NCBI GenBank assembly: GCA_037133475.1
Contig: JBAXOB010000017.1
Location: 5,092 to 69,091, forward strand
Direction: 5' to 3'
Length of the DNA stretch: 64,000 nucleotides
From: Bacteroidota bacterium
GTDB taxonomy: Bacteria > Bacteroidota > Bacteroidia > Bacteroidales > FEN-979
The notes under the pieces were generated by a model, which worked only from the letters and a program-made list of their open reading frames with translations, was not told the DNA's origin and did not search any database. This document shows positions 1-9,906 of the stretch, in pieces. The position numbers were made by a program, and so were the translations under genes. Position 1 is the stretch's first letter; every line of letters begins with the position of its first letter.

Positions 1-96
1 GCCAACTGACCGATGCGGGATCCTGCCCGGTACTGTAATATTGTGAATATCCAGGGCATCCCAGTACGCAGGCCAGGGAAATGAGAAATGCAAACC

Positions 97-3000
97 TCAT
101 TTTACCAGTACTTTCCTCACCACCGTATGATCGCTGCTGAGGAACAGTACGGAGTACATGCCACTGACTGCAGGACGGATATCGATCAGCAGCTCGGCAG
201 CGCTTTGTGCCCGGATGTCGTCACGTTCGAAAATCTTTTCACCAAGCGGGTTGAAAACCAGGATCGTGTAAGTTGAAGAAGCCGTTTCTGGAATGAAGAC
301 TTTAAAACGCCCGTCATTCGGAACAGGGAAAACTCTGATTTTACCGGTTGCCAGTTCATCGAGGCCATCAAAAAGGACATACACATGGTTTGACTCAAGC
401 GACGGGCATCCTACACCCATCACCACGGTCCAGTACCAGCCGGTTATCGTTGCGGTATAGGTTTGCGATGTCGCTCCGGGGATGGCGCCTGTTCCTTCGT
501 AATACCACTGGTTGCCCGACTGGGTGCTGCTGGTCAGAAGGGAACCCGAGGCTGTTACCACGGGCGCCCCCTGGGAGGCTACCATGGTTATGGTCAGCGC
601 GGGAGAAACGGCGCCGCTTCCACAGACGTTGGTTCCTTTAACGGTAATGTTTCCCGTTCCTGCTGTCAGGCTGAAGCTGACAGTAATCTGGTTTGTCGTG
701 GCGCCGGCTGTGATCGAGGCTCCTGCGGGTACCGTCCAGTCGTAGGTTACAGCATTGGCAATGGATGCAACACTGTAAACCACATTGTTGGTTCCGGCGC
801 AGACAAGGTTTGGCCCGGTGACAGGTCCTGCTGCTGCGGGCATCTGGAAAATAGTTACGGGCAACGAGGGGGAAGTTGTCCCGTTACCGCAGGAGTTCGT
901 GCCTGTTACGGTGATGTTCCCTGCGACAGCCGATGCGCTGAAGTTCACGGTGATGTTGCTGGTCCCAGAACCTGTTGCTATCGTGGCGCCGCCAGGCAGT
1001 GCCCAGTTGTACGATGAGGCATTGGCAACTGGTGAAACAGAGTAGGGAATACCGCTGCTTCCTGCGCAAACGCTGCCATTCCCGGCGATCGCACCTGCTG
1101 CGGCCGGGAAGGGGGCCACGGTTACCGTTTTGGAAACAGGGGCGCCGGCAGTACAGTTGCCGGCATTGGTGTAGTTGACCGATACCGTCTGGGTTCCGGC
1201 GGAGATCCAGGAAACTGTGATATTATTCGTGCCGGTGCCTGCTGTAATGGCACCACCGGCAGATACCGTCCACAGGTAACTGGACATGCCTGCTTCCGTG
1301 GTATAGGCGACGCCGGTTGTTCCTTCGCACACCGATGAAGATCCCGTAATTGTCGGGGCCGGCAGGGGATTGATGGTTACATTGGTTACGACAGGATTCA
1401 GGGCACTGCATCCCGATGGATTTGTATAGTTGACGCTTACGGTTTGGGGTGTCGATCCGTTCCAGGTAACCGTCACGGTATTATTTGTCGGACTGCCGCC
1501 ACCCGTAACGGATCCTCCGGCAGAGATGATCCATGAATAACCTGTCATCCCGTTCTCGGTGGAGTAAATGTTGCCTGAAGATCCGTTGCAAACCGAAAGG
1601 GGGCCTGTCAGGGTTGGGACCGGCAGTGCATTCACGGTCACCGGCTTGCTGGTAGCTGATGCTGCATAACAGCCTCCCGGATTGGTATAATTGCAACTGA
1701 CCGATTGCGACCCTGCTGTGTTCCAGGTCACCGTGACGGAGTTGTTCGCAGTGCCCCCTCCACTCGTCACGGATCCGCCGGCAGATACAATCCAGGTATA
1801 ACCCGTCATCCCCGTTTCCGTGGAATAGACATTACCTGGCGAGCCGGCACAGGCGTTTGAAGGGCCTGAAATGGTCGGCACCGGCAAGGTATTAACCGTG
1901 ACGGTTTTCGAAGTGGGGGAAACTGCCGTACACCCGGCAGGGGTTGTGTAATTACAGGTTACCGATTGCGCCCCTGCCGTGGTCCAGGTGATGGTTACGT
2001 TATTGCTGGAAGCTCCGCCTCCGGACGTGACAGATCCGCCTGCACTGACATTCCAGACATATGCCGACATCCCGGTTTCGGTGGTGTAGGTATTCCCTGC
2101 CGAACCTGCACATACGCTGCCCGCACCTGTGATCGATGGCACTGGCAATGAGTTTACCGTGACAGCTTTTGAAACCGGGGTTGCAGCAGTACAACCGGTG
2201 GCAGGTATGGCATAATTGACGGTAACTGCCTGTGAACCCGCGGTAGTCCAGTTAACCAGGATGGAATTCGTGGCGGCGCCTGAAACGATCGTTCCGCCTG
2301 CAGGGATATTCCACGCATACGATGACATAGAGGCTTCCGTTGTATAGGGGACATTGGCAGCGCCGGCACACACGCTGCTGTTCCCGGTGATCGTCGGGAC
2401 CGGGAGAGGATTAACCGTCACTGTTTTTATGGTAGGAGGAGCTGCCGTGCATCCGCTCGTGTTGGTATAAACCACGCTGACCGTCTGGGCTCCGGATGTA
2501 TTCCAGGTAACCGTAATAGCGGAGGTTCCTGAGCCTCCCGTAACCGTGCCCCCTGCCGAAACGGTCCATACATAACCGGTCATGCCCGTAGAGGTTGAAT
2601 AGCCATTTCCTGTGGATCCGGCGCAAACTGCGGCAGAACCCGTTATGACCGGCACAGGCAAAGGATTTATCGTAATCGGGAGACTTGAAGGCAAACCCTG
2701 CCCGCAGGAATTTGTCCCCTTCACCGTAATATTACCGGATGAGGCGGTTGTTGCATAGTTTACAACAATAGAACGGGTATTGCCTCCTGAAATGATCGAT
2801 CCTCCGGTTGGAACTGTCCAGATATATCCGGTGGCATTGGTGATGGCGGGCACGCTGTAGGCAACATTATTGGTGCCGGCACACAGCACCTGCGTTCCTG
2901 TGATGATACCGGCATCGCCGATATAGTTGTTGGAAATGGTGGCATTGATATAATAGGTAGAGGTTGGCACATCATTCATGGGAGCCCCGTTTTCGTCAGC

Positions 3001-3441
3001 ATATTCGCAATCCCCGCCGCCATTGTCGGTGTTGTTGAAAGTAATCAGAGGGATTCCGGTGGTTAGGGTAAAGTTCAGATCAACCAGTTTAGAACCGTTT
3101 GCAAGTGAAATCGGGGTAATATCTGACCAGACAATCATGATTTTCGTCAGGGTCGGGCTAACGTTGACGGTATTCACCGAACCGCTGGCGATTGCCGCGT
3201 TCAGGTTGGCAAAACCAACAAAGTTCAGCTCATTGGGATTATAGTCAAGTCGCAGGGTAATAGCTTCGATACTTGTAAATGAAGTAACGGTAACGGGAAC
3301 CGTTACATTGCCGCCCGGGCAGACCGTTGAGGATCCTGCAGTGGTGATCGGTGCATTTCTTGCAGCGAGAAAACCGGGCAGTATCAGTAAAGATGCAAGA
3401 AAAATGACAGGCAGGATTATTATTTTATGTTTCATAACCAT
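97..3441 (-). CDS. Giant T9SS cargo/surface protein 1 (1114 aa): cohesin-like head, PKD-like/Ig-like repeat stalk, type A T9SS C-terminal sorting domain
   Basis: Uninterrupted 1114-codon ORF. Signal peptide MVMKHKIIILPVIFLASLLILPGFLAA. Cohesin-like segment VCPGGNVTVPVTVTSFTSIEAITLRLDYNPNELNFVGF. Six ~85-aa B repeats (..GMTGYxWxVSAGG..TVTW..GCTA). A repeats (NATxYxWTVPxGA..NITVxGTNxCGxG). C-terminus VFPVPNDGRFKVFI...GMYSVLFLSSDHTVVRKVLVK resembles the TIGR04183-type CTD. Confidence 0.9.
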   Translation of the reverse strand: MVMKHKIIILPVIFLASLLILPGFLAARNAPITTAGSSTVCPGGNVTVPVTVTSFTSIEAITLRLDYNPNELNFVGFANLNAAIASGSVNTVNVSPTLTKIMIVWSDITPISLANGSKLVDLNFTLTTGIPLITFNNTDNGGGDCEYADENGAPMNDVPTSTYYINATISNNYIGDAGIITGTQVLCAGTNNVAYSVPAITNATGYIWTVPTGGSIISGGNTRSIVVNYATTASSGNITVKGTNSCGQGLPSSLPITINPLPVPVITGSAAVCAGSTGNGYSTSTGMTGYVWTVSAGGTVTGGSGTSAITVTWNTSGAQTVSVVYTNTSGCTAAPPTIKTVTVNPLPVPTITGNSSVCAGAANVPYTTEASMSSYAWNIPAGGTIVSGAATNSILVNWTTAGSQAVTVNYAIPATGCTAATPVSKAVTVNSLPVPSITGAGSVCAGSAGNTYTTETGMSAYVWNVSAGGSVTSGGGASSNNVTITWTTAGAQSVTCNYTTPAGCTAVSPTSKTVTVNTLPVPTISGPSNACAGSPGNVYSTETGMTGYTWIVSAGGSVTSGGGTANNSVTVTWNTAGSQSVSCNYTNPGGCYAASATSKPVTVNALPVPTLTGPLSVCNGSSGNIYSTENGMTGYSWIISAGGSVTGGGSPTNNTVTVTWNGSTPQTVSVNYTNPSGCSALNPVVTNVTINPLPAPTITGSSSVCEGTTGVAYTTEAGMSSYLWTVSAGGAITAGTGTNNITVSWISAGTQTVSVNYTNAGNCTAGAPVSKTVTVAPFPAAAGAIAGNGSVCAGSSGIPYSVSPVANASSYNWALPGGATIATGSGTSNITVNFSASAVAGNITVTGTNSCGNGTTSPSLPVTIFQMPAAAGPVTGPNLVCAGTNNVVYSVASIANAVTYDWTVPAGASITAGATTNQITVSFSLTAGTGNITVKGTNVCGSGAVSPALTITMVASQGAPVVTASGSLLTSSTQSGNQWYYEGTGAIPGATSQTYTATITGWYWTVVMGVGCPSLESNHVYVLFDGLDELATGKIRVFPVPNDGRFKVFIPETASSTYTILVFNPLGEKIFERDDIRAQSAAELLIDIRPAVSGMYSVLFLSSDHTVVRKVLVK

Positions 3442-3596
3442 TTAATTAAGACGAAAGCAAAACAAACAGCCAGTTTACGGCTAATCTCATGTAAAAGTAC
3501 ATAAAATTTGCTTTTTTTCAAAAAAACAGTTCAAAATCCTCTGCAAATCACTCTTGTCCTGCGATTCCGGCAGGATATTATTTTACGGCCCGACTG

Positions 3597-3633
3597 TAAA
3601 AAACAAAGCCGTCCCCGGGTGGAAACGGCTTTG
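3597..3633 (-). terminator. Rho-independent terminator downstream of giant gene 2
   Basis: The 9-bp stem CAAAGCCGT (3604-3612) pairs with ACGGCTTTG (3625-3633). On the minus strand it is followed by a T-run (complement of A-run 3597-3603). It lies ~20 nt after the stop codon at 3654. Confidence 0.7.
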
Positions 3634-3653
3634 TGAAAGCATGTTATTACCCG

Positions 3654-4930
3654 CTATTTGCTCACGATCAGCTTCTTCACAACCTTGTGTTCACTGTTGA
3701 AGAATACCACCGAATAAATGCCGGTCGGTACCGGGCGCAGGTCGATCTGTTTCTCGAAAGTGCCGGCAACATTCACATCACCGAGTTCGTAGATCTTCGC
3801 TCCCAACTGGTTGTAAACGGCAATGGTATAGGTTTCCGAAGCGGGGCTGGTTATCGAAACGGTAAAACGACCGTCGTTGGGTACCGGGTAGATGCTGAAG
3901 CTGCTGTTTTCAACCTCCTGCATCCCTGTGAGAACCACCCAGATCTTATTGGAAATTGGCGAAGAGCATCCGTTGGTTGTCACAACGCACCAGTAATAGC
4001 CGGTATGGTGGGTTGCGGTATAGGTACGGCTGGTTGCACCAGCGATGGCGGTGCCCTCGTAATACCACTGGTTGCCTGTAAGGGCGCTGCTGGTAAGAAC
4101 ATTTCCGGAAATGGTGATGACCGGTGCAGGCGGGATCGCATTCATCGTGACATTGATTGACGCAACAGCTCCGTTTCCGCAGGTGTTGGTGCCTTTTACC
4201 GTGATCACCCCGGTGCCGGCAGCAGTACCATAGGAAACGGTGATGTTCCGCGTTGTACCCCCGGAAGTGATGGTTGCTCCGGCCGGGACTGTCCAGACAT
4301 AAGCAGTGGCATTGGCAATGGCCGCGACGCTATAGGCAACACCGGTTGATCCCACGCAAACCGAAGCCGGACCCGTGATGGCGCCTGCAGCAGCAGGAAG
4401 AGGATTTACGGTAACGGCAAATGCAGGAGAAACAGTCCCGTTGCCGCAGCTGTTTGTACCGGCAACGGTGATATTTCCCGATACCGCGCTGGCGCCAAAG
4501 TTTACGGTGATGTTCCTCGTTCCGGCTCCTGTAGCAATGGTGGCTCCGGCAGGAAGTGTCCAGGTATAGGTGGTGGCGTTGAGAATTTCAGCACAGGAGT
4601 ATGCTACTCCGTTTGTTCCGGCACAAAGCGATGCAGTGCCTGTGATGGCTCCGGCGGCATTGGGCAACGGGTTCACAAAGAGGTTGTAAACTGTTGGCGT
4701 AACAGCGGCACATCCGTATGTATTCGAATAGCTCACGCTCACCCATTGCGCACCGACACCGGTCCACGTAACATTGAGGGTGTTGGTACCCTGTCCCGAA
4801 ACGATGGTTCCTCCGGCAGATACGGCCCAAAGATAATTCAACATTCCCGCATTGGTGATATACTGGTTGTTGGTTGAACCGACACAGGGTGCGTTGCTGC
4901 TGCCGATCGTGGGTACGGCAGCGGGGTTGA
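3654..4930 (-). repeat. Diverged copy of the ~1.27-kb conserved C-terminal cassette (B repeat, two A repeats, GNQWYY module, CTD)
   Basis: Encodes NPAAVPTIGSSNAPCVGS...KKLIVSK. It is collinear with the C-terminal ~425 aa of genes 3, 4 and 5 and highly similar at protein level. Nucleotide identity is roughly 75-85% by eye, not computed. Confidence 0.8.
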
Positions 4931-7900
4931 TGGTGACATTGAGGGTGGTTGCGGTTAGTGCGCTGCACCCGGTGGTATTAGAGTAGTTTACGCTGACGGA
5001 CCGGTTCCCTGCATAGGGCCATGATACCGTGATGGCATTGGTTCCGGCACCGGCCACAATGGTTCCGCCGAGTGATACTGACCAGTTGTAGGCGGTCATT
5101 CCGGCTTCCGTGGTATAAACAACCCCTGCCTGGTTGGCGCAAACGACACTGGGCCCGGCAATGGTCGGTGTCGGCAGGGCTGAAACATTAACTGCGTAGG
5201 ATGAGGGAGTTGCCGCAGTACAGCCATTCCCGTTCGTGTAGGTGACTGTGACGGTTTTAGCGCCTGAAGTGGTCCAGGTCACCGTTATGCTGGAGGAGGC
5301 TGCCCCGGCGGTAATATTGCCGCCAGCCGAAACGGTCCAGGTGTAGCCTGTCATACCGGTCTGGGTGGTATAGACATTCCCGGATGAACTGATGCAGACA
5401 TTCGCAGGGCCTGTGATGGAGGGTACCGGTAACGGGTTGACGGTTACTGCCAGCGGGGCTGAAACGGTTCCGCTGCCGCAGATGCTGGTCCCGGTAACGG
5501 TCACATTTCCTGAAGCCGAACCGGCCGGGAAACTGACGGTAATCGTATTGGTGTTAGCCCCGGCGGTAATGATGGCGCCGGCCGGGAGCGACCATACATA
5601 ATTGGTGGCATTGGCAATTACAGGGACGGTAAATATGTAACCTGTTCCCGTACTGCATACAGTGGCCGGACCCGTAATGGCGCCAGCGGCAGAAGGTATC
5701 GGGCAGCCCGTCGAGAAAACTAGGTCGGCGCCATAATTGGTTCCGGAGGTGTTGACTCCCTTGGCCCTGAAGTGGTAGGTGGTGGCTGGTGAAAGTCCCG
5801 TGATGGCTGCAGATATTCCTGTTACCGAATACCCGGTTGCGGTGGCCGGTGTCGCCGTTGCGACAGATCCGTAAGCAACGGTCAACCCGTATTCAAAGCT
5901 TGCCGTTGTATTGAGGTTGTTGGCGTTGATGGTGCCGTTAAGGGTGGCCAGGTTGGCGCCGATGCCTGTTGCAGCCGTTGTGATGACACTTGGAGGAGGC
6001 TGTGTGCCGGTGAAGGTTCCGAACGAAGTTAACCCGCTGGCGGTAAGCTGGTGGGTTGCGACGACAGCGGGATCGTAAGGCACGTAGGGAGTAGGGTTGA
6101 CAAGCGTGCAAAGGATCAGGCTTTCGGTGCCGTTCACGTCGGCTGGAACATACTGGAAGGTGGCACCGCAGATAAAGGCGGTGATACCGCTCTGGGTTAA
6201 GGCCCAGTAACGTTTCAGGTAGCTCCCGGTGTTCGGGTCGGTCGGGTATTTGGCATTCACCAGGTTTACCCCGGCATAATTGCCGGCAGCGAAAGTGCCG
6301 CTGGTGAAATTCAGGGTTACCGGTGAGTATTCTGCCGTAACAGTGTTGTCGCCAACGGGATAGGTGAAGCTGCCTGTGAATCCTGTTGCATAGCTCTTCT
6401 GTAACTGCCCTGTTCCGGTAGCTACGATCATGGCCGTGGCTGAAGGAGTGCCGGAGATGGCGCCTGTGGTTCCCAGGAAGAGGTTGGCGGATCCCAGTGT
6501 AACCAGCCCGTTGGTCAGTTTAAGGGTCCCGTTCACGGTAACCGGCGTGCTGAGGTTGATGCCATTTGTATTGATGACCTCCAGGGTCGAATTGGCGCTG
6601 GTAGTAATGGTGCCGGCACCGGAGATGGTCTGGGTGGCGGTTCCGTTAAGGGTAACGGTTCCTGCAGTGGCAGGCGTGAAATTGAGGATTCCGCCGGTGG
6701 CAACCACGATGTTGCCATGGATCTGGTGAACGCCCGAGGTAGGGCCGGTCACATTGAAATTAAGGGTGCCGTTGGTTACGGTGAGGTTGTCCATCGCCAC
6801 AGGGCTTCCGCCGGTCGGGGTGAGAACGAAACCGGCCGCATCCACCTCGAAATTGGCATAGGTTCTGCCTGAGAAGGATGGCGTCAGGTTGGCGATGACC
6901 TTATAGAGACTTCCTGTTTGAAAAACTACGACGCTGGTGGGCTGGGCTGCTCCGAAGGGGTTGCTTCCGGCCTGCTGGATAAAGGTCGATCCGCTTGCGA
7001 ATACAACAGATCCAAGGTTGCTGATCCCGAATGGATTTCCTGAGAAGAAGAGACCCGCCGTGAAGACCGCTCCTGAGTTGAAGGTGATGCCCGAAGGGTC
7101 AACGGCAGTCAGCCGGTGCGCCGTCGCAATCGTTGAAGACATGGTCATGTTGCCGCTGATGACACCGGTTGCAGCCGTTAAAATATTGATGGTAATGGCG
7201 CCCGTTCCGTTCAGGTTGAGGGTGCAACCTGCCGGGATATCAAGATCGGTGCCTGCAACCCCGCTGATGGTAAGGGTTGCGGCTGCAGCGCTCTGAAGGC
7301 TGACGTTGGTATTGTTCGACATCACCAGTTTTCCGATGGTTTCTGCTGCGGGAACGCCTGTCACGGTTTTCGTGGTACCGTCGTTGAACTGCAGTATGTC
7401 GGTCGAAGCAACCACGAACCGGGTTGGATTCCAGTTGGTTGTAACGGTCCAAAGGCCAAGGTCGGCGCCCTGCCAGGTATAGGTAGCCGGACCGGTTCCA
7501 GTGGTGGTGGCGTTGGCGCTCGGGATTGTCGGTGCTACATAATAGTTATAGGTCGCATTGTTTGTTCCGTCCCATGCAAAAGGGATAATGGTAAATGAAT
7601 ACTGGGTTGCAGGCGATAAACCCGAGATGGTTTTTGACAGGGTTGATCCCGGCAGCACCAGGGCTGCAACGGTACCATCGCCAAGAGTTGCGCCCACCGT
7701 ATAGCCGGTGGCATCCACGGGGATCCCTGTGGGTGCTGCCGCCCCGTTTTTCTGCAGGATCAGGTAACCATCGGCGCCGGTAGCGGCGGCAGTCCAGGTC
7801 AGGTTAATGGTGGTTGTCCCGGTTGGCACGGCGGTAAATCCCGTAACATGTGTTGTCGGCTCATTGGCCAGGGTGAAAAATGAGGCCTCCGAGGTGAGCG

Positions 7901-9590
7901 TTGTGCCCACTGAGTTGGTGGCATATGCTTTAAAAAAGATCTGTGTCTTGGCGGGTAAGGCCGATCGCAGGTGGGAGAAAGCGGTAACGGTGGTGCCCCC
8001 TTCGGCAAGCTTGTTGTCGGTGATGGCCACGCCGGTGGTGAGTTTCCAAACAGTGCCGCGTTCGGTAATGGCTGAGCCGCCATCGCTGGTGATGGTTCCG
8101 CCCAATACTGCCGTGGTATTGGTGATGGTGACCGCTGTCGGCAACGAGATCACAGGGGCTGTCGCGGCTGCGATGGTCGCCTGGCTGTTGGGGTTCAGGG
8201 TGGCGGTTGTGGTGAGATATTTGGTGGTCGCCCCCGTTCCGTTATATTCATATACCCTGAACCAGTAGGTGGTGCTGCCGGTAAGTCCCGTAACACTCAC
8301 GGAGCTGCCGGTATTGTTGTAAACGACCTGTTCGCCGCTACCGGCATAGGTGGTGTTTGCAGCCGGATCGGTGCCATCGGCCGGATTGGTGAAACTGTTG
8401 ACCGTATTCATGATGACGACCCGTTTTGCGCCGTTGCCGATGGTCCAGTTGGCGGTCATGCCGGTTGAGGAGATTCCCGTGAAGTTGATATTGGAGGCCT
8501 GAATCGTTGGAGCTGAAATGGCCGAACCCGGCGCAAAAGCAATACCACGGAAGGCCTTGGCCGTTGAGGAAATGTTTGCGATTGAGGTAACAGTCCCGAT
8601 AATTGTCGCATTGTAACCCGACGCATCGGTCACGGTAACGAGGTTGCTGTTGTAGGGTGACGAAGTTGTGGCAGAGGTTCCATATAGGGTGACACTGGTT
8701 CCTGTTGCGGTACCGGTGATGGTTCTGATGGCGGCGTAGGCTAAGGTGCCGTTTGATGTCCAGCTGCCGGCAACGAGTGAATATTTCTGAATGGTTCCTC
8801 CGTCATCGGCGATATATACAACATCAACACCAGGTGTTGCAGGATCCAGGTCGAAGAAGCAGAATCCATAGGGACTGCCCCCGCTTGTGGGATACCCGGG
8901 AAGGTTGGTTGTTGTCTGGCCGCTGGTGGTAGGTGTACCTGTGCCAATGGTTGCAAGACGGAACGCTCCGGATGCAGAGGTGGTGTAAAGTTGGCCGCCA
9001 AAGATATTGAGCCCCCTGAGATTGGTAACGGTCGTGGACAGCTGGGTAGAGATAGTGGCCCCTAAGGTTGCGTAACGCGCACCGCCGACTCCGCCGTCGA
9101 TCCATAAGTTGGTTCCGTCGGTACTGCAGGCAGCCCGGGGGTTGCTTCCGGTTGCTGCATCAGTTAATGCAGTGGTGGTATTGATAACGCCTGCTGCACT
9201 GACAACCCCGATGATACGGGGAATAGCGGTGGAGGCAGAGGATGTAAGTACCGTCGCATTGGGAAGCGCGGCTCCGTATCCTGCCATGACCAGGTACTGG
9301 CCATCGGCAGAGCGGGTCATCAGGCCTTCCGATGAGGCGTTCCCGGCCGATACGAGAGGCTGGTTTGAACCGGTAACAACAGTTGGTAAGGCTACCGACT
9401 GGACAAGGGTCCCCGAGGTGGTATATTCATCCAGGAACACAGCATTCCCGGTATTGACCAAAGCATTGACTCCGTCACCAACCCTGTATATTACAAGGTT
9501 TCCCGGCGTAAACTGGGAATACCCGGTACTGTGCAAACCAATCAATAATACTGCCAGAAGACTAATGGCTAAAAGTGTAAATCTTTTCAT
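3654..9590 (-). CDS. Giant T9SS cargo/surface protein 2 (1978 aa): unknown ~330-aa head, FN3-like modules, long Thr/Gly/Asn-rich beta-rich region, PKD-like stalk, type A T9SS CTD
   Basis: Uninterrupted 1978-codon ORF. Signal peptide MKRFTLLAISLLAVLLIGLHSTGYSQ. FN3-like segments (..TTYWFRVYEYNG.., ..SFEYGLTVAYGS..TTYHFRAKG). Three B repeats. C-terminus IYPVPNDGRFTVSI...GIYSVVFFNSEHKVVKKLIVSK. Confidence 0.9.
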   Translation of the reverse strand: MKRFTLLAISLLAVLLIGLHSTGYSQFTPGNLVIYRVGDGVNALVNTGNAVFLDEYTTSGTLVQSVALPTVVTGSNQPLVSAGNASSEGLMTRSADGQYLVMAGYGAALPNATVLTSSASTAIPRIIGVVSAAGVINTTTALTDAATGSNPRAACSTDGTNLWIDGGVGGARYATLGATISTQLSTTVTNLRGLNIFGGQLYTTSASGAFRLATIGTGTPTTSGQTTTNLPGYPTSGGSPYGFCFFDLDPATPGVDVVYIADDGGTIQKYSLVAGSWTSNGTLAYAAIRTITGTATGTSVTLYGTSATTSSPYNSNLVTVTDASGYNATIIGTVTSIANISSTAKAFRGIAFAPGSAISAPTIQASNINFTGISSTGMTANWTIGNGAKRVVIMNTVNSFTNPADGTDPAANTTYAGSGEQVVYNNTGSSVSVTGLTGSTTYWFRVYEYNGTGATTKYLTTTATLNPNSQATIAAATAPVISLPTAVTITNTTAVLGGTITSDGGSAITERGTVWKLTTGVAITDNKLAEGGTTVTAFSHLRSALPAKTQIFFKAYATNSVGTTLTSEASFFTLANEPTTHVTGFTAVPTGTTTINLTWTAAATGADGYLILQKNGAAAPTGIPVDATGYTVGATLGDGTVAALVLPGSTLSKTISGLSPATQYSFTIIPFAWDGTNNATYNYYVAPTIPSANATTTGTGPATYTWQGADLGLWTVTTNWNPTRFVVASTDILQFNDGTTKTVTGVPAAETIGKLVMSNNTNVSLQSAAAATLTISGVAGTDLDIPAGCTLNLNGTGAITINILTAATGVISGNMTMSSTIATAHRLTAVDPSGITFNSGAVFTAGLFFSGNPFGISNLGSVVFASGSTFIQQAGSNPFGAAQPTSVVVFQTGSLYKVIANLTPSFSGRTYANFEVDAAGFVLTPTGGSPVAMDNLTVTNGTLNFNVTGPTSGVHQIHGNIVVATGGILNFTPATAGTVTLNGTATQTISGAGTITTSANSTLEVINTNGINLSTPVTVNGTLKLTNGLVTLGSANLFLGTTGAISGTPSATAMIVATGTGQLQKSYATGFTGSFTYPVGDNTVTAEYSPVTLNFTSGTFAAGNYAGVNLVNAKYPTDPNTGSYLKRYWALTQSGITAFICGATFQYVPADVNGTESLILCTLVNPTPYVPYDPAVVATHQLTASGLTSFGTFTGTQPPPSVITTAATGIGANLATLNGTINANNLNTTASFEYGLTVAYGSVATATPATATGYSVTGISAAITGLSPATTYHFRAKGVNTSGTNYGADLVFSTGCPIPSAAGAITGPATVCSTGTGYIFTVPVIANATNYVWSLPAGAIITAGANTNTITVSFPAGSASGNVTVTGTSICGSGTVSAPLAVTVNPLPVPSITGPANVCISSSGNVYTTQTGMTGYTWTVSAGGNITAGAASSSITVTWTTSGAKTVTVTYTNGNGCTAATPSSYAVNVSALPTPTIAGPSVVCANQAGVVYTTEAGMTAYNWSVSLGGTIVAGAGTNAITVSWPYAGNRSVSVNYSNTTGCSALTATTLNVTINPAAVPTIGSSNAPCVGSTNNQYITNAGMLNYLWAVSAGGTIVSGQGTNTLNVTWTGVGAQWVSVSYSNTYGCAAVTPTVYNLFVNPLPNAAGAITGTASLCAGTNGVAYSCAEILNATTYTWTLPAGATIATGAGTRNITVNFGASAVSGNITVAGTNSCGNGTVSPAFAVTVNPLPAAAGAITGPASVCVGSTGVAYSVAAIANATAYVWTVPAGATITSGGTTRNITVSYGTAAGTGVITVKGTNTCGNGAVASINVTMNAIPPAPVITISGNVLTSSALTGNQWYYEGTAIAGATSRTYTATHHTGYYWCVVTTNGCSSPISNKIWVVLTGMQEVENSSFSIYPVPNDGRFTVSITSPASETYTIAVYNQLGAKIYELGDVNVAGTFEKQIDLRPVPTGIYSVVFFNSEHKVVKKLIVSK

Positions 9591-9743
9591 AGTGATTTTT
9601 TCAAATGATTAACAATCCTGTATGTTCAATATCTTGCCGATCCCGACTGTGAAACCGAAGGTTCAGCATTATATCCGGCAGTAAGACAGGACTGCCCGGC
9701 AAACCTTTCAACGATCTGTATCAATGGGATGTTTCTTAATTAA

Positions 9744-9751
9744 CAAAAGTA
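9744..9751 (-). promoter_or_regulatory. Candidate Bacteroidota -7 promoter box (TACTTTTG) for giant gene 2
   Basis: The minus strand reads TACTTTTG, an exact TAnnTTTG match, ~150 nt upstream of the ATG at 9590. No well-spaced TTTG -33 element was seen. Confidence 0.25.
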
Positions 9752-9800
9752 TAAAGATTTTGGGAGACTCCGGTCATTTCATTATTAAGAAAATATTAAC

Positions 9801-9834
9801 AAAAGAGGGTGTCCTGCCAGGACACCCTCTTTTT
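9801..9834 (-). terminator. Hairpin terminator downstream of giant gene 3 (bidirectional-looking)
   Basis: Perfect inverted repeat AGAGGGTGTCCTG (9804-9816) / CAGGACACCCTCT (9818-9830), flanked by AAA and TTTT. It lies ~75 nt after the stop codon at 9907. Confidence 0.6.
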
Positions 9835-9906
9835 GATCGGATAATAAGCAACGTGAAATCGTTATGAAATCATCCAATATTTCATAACAGTTTACTCATT
9901 TCAATG

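Noticed and set aside
1-96. A possible gene fragment at the left edge.
   Set aside because: It is too short (96 nt) to evaluate. The listed ORF 88-276 overlaps the 3' end of giant gene 1 in antisense and looks spurious.
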